In this document: piece by piece, positions 54,155-64,000 of the stretch | How positions within the stretch are numbered: position 1 is the stretch's first letter | Layout: each line of letters begins with the position of its first letter | DNA from: Lama glama | Taxonomy: Eukaryota | Assembly (NCBI GenBank): GCA_028534125.1 | Contig: CM052816.1 | Location: 73,596,001-73,660,000 of the forward strand | Direction of reading: 5' to 3' | DNA length: 64,000 nucleotides | Translations under genes and position numbers: made by a program | Notes under the pieces: generated by a model | What the model was told of the DNA's origin: nothing | Database searches by the model: none | Seen by the model: only the letters and a program-made list of their open reading frames with translations

Positions 54155-54200
54155 GGGAAGGGATAGACTGGGATTTCAAAATTGTAGAATAGATAAACCA
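54155..54200 (+). mobile_element. Fragment of the same young L1 family as 30437-30676, abutting the gap
   Basis: gggaagggatagactgggatttcaaaattgtagaatagataaac is near-identical to 30453-30495. Confidence 0.85.
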
Positions 54201-54429
54201 AGAAAACTTTCTGTTCTACTGTGGTGGCACTTCCGCATTGCTTATCATGTACCCAAATGAATTATACTAAATTAAAAAAAACTGTAATCCCAGAGTGTAC
54301 TCATCTCTCCCTCAGCACTTTCTCATTCACAGTAAAGTCTCAAGATGCATGTACAACCATAAGTTTTATTTTTGAAGAATCTCTAATCTAGAATTTGAAA
54401 GAGCCTATCAAGCTGTTAAAAAAGAAATG

Positions 54430-54990
54430 AGTCAAGAGTATGAAATGTACAATGTGAAGAATATAGTCAATACCTACATAATATCTTCATGTGGTGACAT
54501 GTTGTGACTAGACTTATAATGGTGATCAGCTTGAATGTCTAGAAATACAGAATCACTATGTCATATAACAGAAACTAACATAGTTTTGTAGGTCAATTAT
54601 ATTTCAAAATCAAAAAACTCATAGAAAAGGAGATCAGATTTGCGGTTGCCAGAGGCTGAGGGTAGGGGAAGAAGGAGTTGAATGAAGGCAGTCAAAAGGT
54701 ATCAAATTCCAGTTTTAAGATAAATAAGTACTAGGGCTGTAATGTACCATATGATAATTATAACTAACATTGCTGCATATTATATACGAAAGTTGAGAGT
54801 AAATCCTGAGTTCTCATCAAAAAAATTTTTTTAATTTTTTTAATTGTGTTCCTATATACGATGATGGATGCATACTAAACTTACTGTGATAATCACTTCA
54901 TGATATATGTAAATAAATCATGTCGTACACCTTAAACTTATAGAGTGCTGTATGTCAATTATATCTTAATAAAACTGGAAGAAAAAAATG
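54430..54990 (+). mobile_element. L1 3' end (L1MA9/Laurasiatherian type)
   Basis: …aatatagtcaata…gactagacttataatggtgatc…aactcatagaaaaggagatcagatttgcggttgccagagg…gtacaccttaaacttatagagtgctgtatgtcaattatatcttaataaaactggaag plus A tail. Confidence 0.85.
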
Positions 54991-55219
54991 ATAGAGGGTA
55001 GAAAGGGAAACATAGCAACATAGAAAAAGGAATAAGGATTTATAATAGAGTGTTCAGGTACTGGTTTGCGAATCAGAACAAATGGTTAGAGAACACAGAA
55101 GCATCTCATATCTTTTCTCCTGTGAACTCTGTTTTGACAAGCAAATTCTAGAGGTAATATGGAGACAGAACTGGGGCTCTATTCAATACCCTATGTAGGG
55201 TGCAGGCCTGGCACAGGGA

Positions 55220-56250
55220 AAATATAATCCTAGAACATCTTGTTGTGTCTGAAAGTGAGAAAGTGCTCAAAAAGAAAAAAAACAAAACAAAGAGAGAGAG
55301 AGAGAGAGAAAACATTTGGAAGGGCACAGAAGCCAATGTAAGAGTCCCTAATGGCCAAAGTTGGAAGAAGTTGGGCATGAAAATAAAGAACAATAATACT
55401 ATATTATACCCCTTCCAAAAGAATAAATCTACAAGACAGAATACTGATATAAATAAATGGAGAGGAAGGACAACTACTCTTTATAGAAGAATTTCAATTA
55501 TTAAATGCAGGAGGAATGAGGGAAATCAAATATCACCAGTAGAATACTAGAATAATCATTGCTGTGGGCAAGATCCACTAATGAATGCTCAATTTAATGA
55601 GCAGAACTTTAAGCTAAAAAGGGGCATTTAAAAAAATCTTAAAGTACGTCTCCAAAAATATTTTCTAATTACAAATCAAAAAAAAAAGAAAGAAAAAAGA
55701 GTGAACTTTACAGTAGAAAATCCTAGCAGATACCACCTCGGCCAAGTGGGAAATGTTAATATTACCAATAACATACATTGACATTACTTGCCCCCTGATA
55801 TGAGACATTAATGACTGCACAATACCTCTGTGGTATTCTTTCTAGTAATGAATAACCTTAACCTAACCTTGACAAGACATCAGACAAACCCAAATTAAGG
55901 GATGTTCTATGAAATAAGTGACCAGTCTGCTTCACAAGAGTCAAAGCCATAAAATACACAGAAAGACTGAGAAACTCCAAAGACTGAAGAAGACTAGGGA
56001 CACATGACAGTGAAATGCAGTATGAGATACTGGGTTGGATCATGAACCAGAAAAACAAATAAATGAAAAAACTGAATAAATTTTTTAGCTTAGTTAGTAG
56101 TATTTTATCGAGGTTAATTTTTTAGCTTTGATGAGTCTTGTGATTACATGAGATGTCAACATAAAAGGAAGCTAGGTGAAAGGTTTCATACACTCTATTA
56201 TTTCTGCAACTCTGTTAATCTAAAATTATCTCAAAATAAAAATATTTAAA
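55220..56250 (+). mobile_element. L1MC-type 3' UTR
   Basis: cctagaacatcttgttgtgtctgaaagtgag…gggcacagaagcc…gaactttacagtagaaaatcctagcagataccacctc…gacatcagacaaacccaaattaagggat…ctaaaattatctcaaaataaaa. Confidence 0.85.
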
Positions 56251-57386
56251 TCATCTTAAAGTTGATAAAAATATTCACATAAATTTTATATATATTTCCC
56301 ATCAGGAAATATACCTAATAAAACACTAATCTAATAATAAATGTATATTCAGTTTGCCCTCAACATTCTAACCATTCAGAATTCTAAAATTTCTCTCAGC
56401 TGTAAAAACTTGTTGCTGATCTGGAATGCATGAAAACAGAATCTGTACCTAGGTCAGATTTTATTCAATACCATTATGTAAATCACCCTGTAGAAACTGG
56501 TAAAAGAAAATGCTGATACCCTGGCTACTGCTGTTAATAGACTACTTTGTCTCTGACCCAAGAGTCTTATGTCTTCCGCCAGCATTCATAAAACTGCAGC
56601 AAGTCTAATTTGCTAGCTGTCACGTTAAGCAAAAATCTCAGCCTCTTCAGAGTTCTTAACACATTCAGTTCCACTTTCTTGCACACAAAGAAGAGTAATA
56701 CAGTTGTTGAAAAATCAAATGCCTCAAGGTGCCTAGCAGGTAGTATAAACAAATGAAGTGGGTCAGACAGAGATGATGATCAACTAGAGAGTTCACTCCT
56801 TTTTAAAAGGCACGATTGCCATTCCAGTTAATTATTATGGATACACGGCTACCAAATTGTCTGATACTTTCATGAGAAGCCAAAACTCTTGTTTTATATA
56901 AGTAACCTACATTTTGAATGTTGATAATCTAATTTTAAAAGTTCTAAAGCATGTTGTAGACTCAAAAAAATGTATCTATGGATCAGTGCTGTCATGGATA
57001 TTTACATCATAGACTAAGGTAGAAAGATAGAAAAGACAGAGATTTAATTTCTTCTGCTTATGGACTGCATAAGTTAATTCACTTATAAACTTTCTATATT
57101 TTCCCTGATTTCAAATCAGTTCCATATTTGTAGAATACATAGAATAGGTCCTTTCACAATTTGTTCTTTAGACTCATCCAGACATTTTGAGCAACTTTTG
57201 AAAGAGAATGTGATGGGAACATATAGAACAATAGAGAAATTCAGGAAAAAGAAATTAAACAATAAAATTCTCAGGATCAGGCCTATTTTTTGACTCCATG
57301 ATTTGTCTTTGTAAAAATAAGGCCTGTAGTTTCAGGAAAAATGAAACACAGTATGTTGTTTATTGGTTATTCAATCAGATACGCAC

Positions 57387-57431
57387 CACTGAGTCTTTAA
57401 CATTGTATTTCAGCTGCTCTGCATTTGCTGG
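57387..57431 (-). CDS. Internal coding exon (45 nt, phase 0/0) of an unidentified minus-strand gene: PANAEQLKYNVKDSV
   Basis: Strong acceptor (T-rich tract ending tctttatcttcag), donor GTG|GTGCGT, length a multiple of 3, only one frame open (the other two contain TGA or TAA), non-repeat context. Confidence 0.65.
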
Positions 57432-57959
57432 CTGAAGATAAAGAAAAAAAGTATATTAAAATAAGATGCTGGTAAGAACATCAAAGATTGAATGAAAATT
57501 TGGACTGCTCCATTTTGCGGTATAAAAATGCCTAACTCTAGAATTTTCCCACAATTTGAATGTCCTATTTTGTATCAATGCTTTTTATATAATGTAGTAA
57601 ACTCCCATAACAAAATGGGAATATTGTCTGAGATGTTCATAAAAACTATTCCAGACTCTTAATCTGTAGGATTTAAAAGAAGATATAATATTCAATTTAC
57701 TTATCTCATTTCACAAGCTTTAAACCCCAAACCAACACTTACCAAGCAATTACAACTATGTGGAAAGATATGAGATACATAGACTTTAAAATAAATGCCA
57801 TCCTACCCAGACAATTCATATGCAGGGAAACCAAATTTTTGGTTTTAAAATGATTCCTACCTTCTGAGTTGCTGGGTAGCTCAATGGGCCAAACAAGCCT
57901 CTTTTTATTTGTCAAATGTATTCTGCTCCCTCCAACCGCAGAACTGCTCCTATGCTTTT

Positions 57960-58270
57960 CCATGAAATTCTTTCCATTCCTCCTTACCTGTGCCTGACCT
58001 TCTACCAAAACTCAACTCACTATCTATTGTCACAAGAAAGCCTTCTCTGACTCCCTCACTTGCCAAATTCCTTTCACTTTATCATAGTGCTGCCTATTCA
58101 TTTGTTATCATAATATGCACCACATTTGTGGTTATTAGAGTAACATCCTTATTGCCACTGGGCTGTAATACTCAAGAAGACAGGATCCATTTCTGTTTTT
58201 AGTTTCCACTAAATCCTCAACTCCAAATAGAGTTTTTAACATATGGTGAACATTCAAGTTAAACTTGTTA
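57960..58270 (+). mobile_element. L2 3' fragment
   Basis: …caagaaagccttctctgactccc…ccactgggctgtaatactcaagaagacaggatccatttctgttt…. Confidence 0.6.
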
Positions 58271-58879
58271 AATATGGGTAAAACAGAGCCTAAATTCTAA
58301 GATATTACTCCTAAGTCTCTCACTATCATCTAACCTAAGTCAAATCACTTTGTTTCTTTAGCTGAAAAAAGAAGAGTTAAAAAATGGGTTGTTTTGATGA
58401 GTATAAAAATTTTAGATTGTGGATGACAGTTCCTGTCTTTTTAACCTAAGGGTGATATTTAAATTTTTATTTTTCTTTAGTTGAATATTTTCCATAGAAC
58501 CCTAATGCATGTAGAGGGAATCATATGCAACTAGTAAAATTGCAATCAATACATTTATGAAGTATATAATTCAATGGTGTTAGTGTATTCAAGAGTTGCA
58601 CAAAGGGTCACATTTTTAGAACATTTTTATCACTCAATCCTAATTTTTTCTGATATCAGTGTAGCTACTCTACCTTTCTTATGGTTTTAGTTTGCATGCA
58701 AATCTTTTTTTCCACCCTTTTACTTTCAATCTATTTGTGTCTTTGAATCTAAAGCATTTTCCCAGTAGATATCATATAGTTGGATCTCAATTCAATTAAA
58801 ACTGTCTTCATTTACAAGAGTGGATTTTGAGTGCAGTACTTGAGATTTATTCTAATCCAAAGAGAACTCTTCTTCAAAA

Positions 58880-61628
58880 GATCCCTAGGATAACATTAAG
58901 CTTACCAACATTTGCATTACAGGGGTCCCAAAAGGACAAGAGGGAAAAAGAGGGATCAAAAATTTATTTTATAAAATCATGACTTAAAACTTCCTAAATG
59001 TAAGGAAGGAAACATATATTCAGGTACAGGAAGCACAGACATTCCCAAACAAGGTGAAACCAAGAAATATCTTAATTAAAATGGCAAAAGTTAAAGGGAA
59101 TTCTAAAGGAAGTAAGAAAAAACAGTCATATACAAGGCTATCAGCTCATTTTTCTGTAAAAACATTTAATTCATCATGCCACTTCTTTCTGGCCTGCAAA
59201 GTACTGAAAGGGAAAAACCCTGCAATCTAGAATACTCTACCCAGCAAGATTATCACTTAAAATCAAAGGAGAGAAAAAGAATTTCTCAGGCAGGCAAAAA
59301 CAAAAAGTTCATCCATACTAAACCTATCCTAAAAGAATATGAAGTATCTTCTCAAAATGCAAAAGAAGAATTTATAGAGAAGGGAAAATCCCAGTAGGAA
59401 AGGCAAATACACAGTAAAGACTGAGGCTCAACCACTTAAATAAGCTAATACAAAGATTAAAAGACAAACAGTTGTTGACGCAAGTATAGCTATAATAAAC
59501 AGTTAAGGAATAAACATGAAGATACGAAATATGATATTATAAAACATAAAATTAGAGGGCAGAGTTAAAAATGTCAGTCTTTCAGAATGTGCTTCAACTA
59601 CCAGTTTCCAACAAGAAGATATAGTTGTAGGTCAACATATATGAACCCCACAAATCAAAAATCTGCAAAATATATACAAAAACTGAAAAGAAAAGAACAT
59701 AAGCATACCATTAAAGAAAATCAACAAACCACAAGGGAAGAAACAAAAAAAATGAAGAAGTGAACAGAGAATTACAAAGACAACTGGAAATGAGTAATGA
59801 AATGGCAATAAGTTCATACCTATTAACAATTACTTTAAATGTCAATGAAATAAATGCTCTAATCAAAGATAAAGTGCAGTTGATTGGATGAAGAAACAAG
59901 ACCCATCTGTAAGCTGTCTACAAGAGATTCACTTCAGAGCTAAAGACACACACAGATAGAAAGTAAGGGGATGGAAAAAGATATTTCATGCAAACAGAAA
60001 TGAAAAGAAAGCAGAAATAGCAATACTCCTATCAGACAGAATAGACTTTAAAATGGAAGCTATAACAAAAGAAAAGAAAGGCATCATATAATAATGAAGG
60101 AATCAATATAAAAGAAGGATATTTTAAAATATATGCACACAATACAGGAGCACCTAAATATATAAAGCAAATATTACAGATATAAAGGGAGAAATTGAAA
60201 ATAATACAATAATAGCAAGTGACTTTAACACTCCACTTACATCAATGGACAGATCATCCAAACAGAAAATCAGTAAGGCAACAACAGTTGTTTTAAGTGA
60301 CACAAAAGACCGGTTGGACTAAACAGATACCTACAGGACATTCTATCCAAAAACAGCCAAATACACATTCTTTTCAAGTGCACATGGAACTTTCTCCAAG
60401 AGAGATCACATGCTCAGCCATAAAACAAATCTCAACAAATTTAAGAGGACAGAAATTATATCAAGCATTTTCTCCCAACAACAACAGTGTGAAACTAGAA
60501 ATAAATTCCAGACAGAAATATGGAAAAAGAACATGTGGAGACTGAAAAACACATGTTACTCAGAAACCAATGGGTCAATGAAGAAATCAAAGAGGAAATC
60601 AGAAAATACCTCAACACAAATGAGAATGGAAAAACAAACTTTCCAAAATCTATGGGATGCAACAAAAGCTGTTCTAAGAGGGAAGTTTATAGTGCTGCAG
60701 GCCCTTCTAAAGAAACAAGAAGAATCTCCAATAAACAACCTAAACTACCATCTAAAGGAATTCAAAAAAGAAGAACAAAGCCCAAAGTTGGAAGGAGGGA
60801 AAAAATAAAGTTCAGAGAGGAAATAAGTAAACTAGGGACCAAGATAACAATAGAAAAGATCAGTAAAACCAAAATATATTTTTATGAAAATATAAACAAA
60901 ATTGATAAACCTTTAGTTAGGCTTACTAAGAAGAAAAGAAAGAGGGCCCAAATAAACAAAATAAGAAATGAAAGGGCAGAAATAACAAACACTACCACAG
61001 AGATACAAAAAATCATAAGAGAATACTGCAAACAGCTATATACAAACTGGACAACCTAGAAATCATGAACAAATTTCTAGAAACATACGTGCCAAAATTG
61101 AATCAAGAAGAAACAGACAATTTGAATAGGCCAATTACTAGCAGTGAAGTTGAATTCATTAAAAAACAGAAACAAAAACAAAAAACTCCCAGCAAACAGA
61201 AGTCCAGGATCAAAGAGTTTCACATGGAAATTCTACCAAACACACAAAAAAATATCTATTCTTTTAAAACTATTCCAAAAAATGAAGAGGACAGGAGACT
61301 CCCAAATTCATTCTACAAGGCCACCATTAATTACCCTGATACCAAAACCAAAGATAGTACAAAGACAGAATATTTATGGCCAATATGTTTGATTAACATA
61401 GATGTAAAAATACTCAACAAAATATTAACAAACTAAATCCAATTTTGGCTAAAAAGAATCATCCACCATGATCAAGAGGGATTTATTCCAGGGACACAAG
61501 AATGGTTCAATATCCACAAATCAATGTAATATACCATACTAACAAAAGAAAAGATAAAAATCACATGATCATTGCAATAGAAAAAACAGAAAAAGCTTTT
61601 GACAAAAGTCAACATCCATTTATGATAG
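58880..61628 (+). pseudogene. Degenerate L1 segment: ORF1 3' part, inter-ORF region, ORF2 endonuclease up to the start of RT (many frameshifts)
   Basis: ORF fragments [72 protein letters not shown] and PICLINIDVKILNKIL are L1 ORF2p motifs. Confidence 0.95.
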
Positions 61629-61629
61629 T

Positions 61630-62385
61630 ACCCATTGGAAGCCATGGATTGACTGTCTGGATTTTTTGTGTTCCTTAATAGAGTCCTGAATTTTGTTTTA
61701 GCAGGTTAATAATTTATTTGCACATTAGTTTGATCCTTTCAAGGCTTACATTTTAACTTTGTTAGTGAGAGTCTAGTGTAGATTTTACTTAAGGGCTGCA
61801 TTAACTCTACTCTTTAGGTGTGGTTATTCTGCAAATGCTTCTAAATGCTGAGAGTTTTCAATGGTAACGCTTCACTAGTCGGAGTGAAGTGTGGTCTGAA
61901 CTTTATCATCCAACTTGTGTGAGCTCCATAAGTTGTTCATTTTTACTCCTCTCTGGTGTTGCTTTCTCCCAACAGCTGGCTATTTGCCTGGCCTCATGGA
62001 GTCTGATTCTGTACATGCACAGCTAAGCACTCAGCCAAAGACTCTACAGATCCCCTTGTGCAGAATTCTGGAGCTTTCTCTCAGCAAAGGTCCTTTGTTC
62101 CCAGTACCTTACTCTGCAAATTCTAAATGCTTCTGTTGCCTCAAACTCTGATCTCTGTCTCAATGAGAGTACTATGATCTGTTTGATCACCTTTCCCAGG
62201 AATACCCTCCAGACAGAAAACCAGATAATCATGGTGCTCAGTTTATTTGTTTCCCTTCTCTCAGAGATTACAGCCCTCACTGCATATTGTCCAATATCTT
62301 AAAAACAGTTATGTATTTTGTCTATGAAGTCATGAAGACAAGGGCACTGTTGGGTACCCATTTAGCCCAAAGTGGAAGTGCCTTC
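61630..62385 (-). mobile_element. Old L1M 5'-region fragment, antisense
   Basis: …ttagtttgatcctttcaaggctt…cactcagccaaagactc…tgcagaattctggagctttctctc…ttgtccaatatcttaaaaacagtt…. Confidence 0.65.
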
Positions 62386-62389
62386 AGTT

Positions 62390-62810
62390 ATACTGTAAGA
62401 GGAATGTAAGGAAAAGACCATGCAGGGCCTGGTGAGCCAGATAACAGTCTGGATTTCACTCAATGAGCCACAGAAGGGTTCCAGGTAGAGAAAAGACATG
62501 AAATGATCTACATTTTCTAAATACAATTTAATAAAAAAGTGGGATTGTAGATAAGAATGGAAGCGAATAGATCAGTTAGAAAGCTCTTTCAAAATTCCAG
62601 ATAATATGTTGTAGTGGCTTAGACTTCCTAACAGTAGTAGTAGTAAAGAGAAGTGATAGTAGTTGAGAAGTTTTTGGTGATAGTTGGATACGAGTTTTAA
62701 AAACGGGAGAAATCAAGAATTTCTCAGGTTTTTGCTGGCCAACAAATTGGAAGGTGGTATCACTGAATGAAAAATTTAAATATGTTTATTTATAAAATAA
62801 GGACTGTTTT
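62390..62810 (-). mobile_element. L2 fragment
   Basis: agaccatgcagggcctggtgagcc…gagccacagaagggttcc…gatcagttagaaagct…ggagaaatcaagaatttctcaggtttttg. Confidence 0.7.
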
Positions 62811-62821
62811 GTGGTCATGCA

Positions 62822-63240
62822 GATATTAGTTTGCTAGGGCTTCAGTAACAAAGTACTAGACTGGGTGGCTTAAACACCAGAAACGTATTGTCTCACAGTT
62901 CTGGAAGCAAGAAATACAAATACAAAATTAAGGTGTCCACAGGGTTAGTTCCTTCTAAGAGCTATGAGAAAAGGTAATATTCTTGACCATTCTCCTTGAC
63001 TTACAGATGGTCATCTTCTCCCTTCATCTCTTCAACATTATCTTCCTCATGAGTGTCTGTGTCCAAATTTTCCCCCTCTTCAAGAACACCAGTCATATTG
63101 GGTCAGAGCCTACTCTAGTGGCTTCATTTTAACTTGAATTATCTCTGTAAAAATCCTATTCCCAAATAAAGCCACTTTCTGAGGCACTGGAAGTTAGAAC
63201 TTGAACATATTAATTTGAGGAGGCACATATTAACCTATAA
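62822..63240 (-). mobile_element. MLT1A/B-type solo LTR
   Basis: tattagtttgctagggcttcagtaacaaagtac…ctgggtggcttaaacaccagaaacgtattgtctcacagttctggaagc…caagaacaccagtcatattgg…. Confidence 0.9.
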
Positions 63241-63460
63241 TAATAGAAAAGTCTGAAAGAAAGGTAAAGACTCTAAGCTAAGATTTCTCTAATAAATTAC
63301 ATATCTACAAAATCTACAAGTGTATGCATAGAGATGGAAATACAAATTTTATTCCAAGGTGTGCAGGAGACACAGTGTAAGAGATGCACTAATGTTCGCC
63401 AAGATGTTAACATTTTGTAGATAATTAGGTACATGATTATATGATGTTTCTAATGTGCTG

Positions 63461-63466
<6 letters not shown>

Positions 63467-63506
<40 letters not shown>
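63467..63506 (+). repeat. (TA)n microsatellite
   Basis: About 17 TA units read directly. Confidence 0.95.
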
Positions 63507-63507
<1 letters not shown>

Positions 63508-64000
63508 TAATACTTGACTCAAACAGTATCTCTTGGTAACATTTGGTGCCTCTTGGTAAAACTAGATTTCCAAAAAACACATTTTAAAAATCATCCCAGT
63601 AAGAGGTTTGTACTGGTAACTGTAGAGAACTAAGATTGCACAGTTGGTGTGGAGCCTAGAAAAGAAGTTCTTGAGTACAAAAGGAAAATAATTTTATGTG
63701 ACAGAAAACAAGGACTAGTTTAGTTTCTTGAACAGTGTATTCATTATTCAAATAATGAAAATAGTTGTACAAACTCAAATAAGAAAAAAACTTTCATATT
63801 CGGTAGTAATGATAGAATATATGGGGATGAAGAACATTCAGGAAAAGAGACCACACAACTAAAAATGTCACTAAGTGAAAATGTGTCTCCCAATATTCAA
63901 TGAGGTGGTGGTAGGTCTTTGAACTGAAAAAAACAAGTGATGACTTGCCATGTGAATTTTCCTTATACAATGGGACTCTAACATGACTATCTTGAGAAAA

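Noticed and set aside
53575..54201. Three longest ORFs (179-205 aa)
   Set aside because: Artefacts of translating through the 500-N gap
60297..61436. Endonuclease/RT-related ORFs as an active or domesticated gene
   Set aside because: Spread over three frames with stops and frameshifts; ordinary dead L1
112..62280. Roughly 130 short ORFs (60-180 aa) in the supplied track
   Set aside because: Many start at TTG/GTG, lie in repeats, and have the size and composition expected by chance in AT-rich DNA; only the L1 ORF2 fragments resemble known proteins
63870..63945. Minus-strand acceptor (cttgtttttttcag) followed by short frames FKDLPPPH* or QRPTTTSLNIGRHIFT*
   Set aside because: No matching donor and no recognisable peptide; such acceptor-like tracts are common by chance. 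An alternative terminal exon cannot be fully excluded

Overview
AT-rich, CpG-poor eutherian (mammalian) genomic DNA, not microbial. It is dominated by old transposon relics (L1M, L2, MIR, MLT1/MaLR LTRs, hAT-Charlie MER5-type) plus several younger L1 3' ends. Those young ends resemble artiodactyl, probably camelid, L1s from my recollection of the consensus. I saw no Alu, B1, Bov-A/BovB, PRE1 or SINEC elements. There is a 500-N scaffold gap at 53655-54154. The window looks like the interior of a very large intron of a minus-strand gene that I could not identify. One convincing 45-nt phase-0 coding exon lies at 57387-57431 (PANAEQLKYNVKDSV). Downstream of it are several repeat-free islands with minus-strand splice donors and promoter/enhancer motifs (about 45.3 kb, 37.3-37.7 kb, 34.7 kb and 22 kb), including a candidate alternative coding first exon (MDLMRHTKTREKTVL, phase 0). 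A GATA/RUNX/CpG cluster sits at about 10.5 kb. The best-supported oddities are transposon structures: a twin-primed (5'-inverted) L1, a TSD-bounded chimeric L1 insertion resembling a 3' transduction, a 36-bp micro-inversion in L1 ORF1, and a foldback-like palindromic element. No ORF in the track is a credible intact gene, and I found no evidence of a new multi-gene system. Repeat family names come from recalled consensus sequences and their boundaries are approximate.
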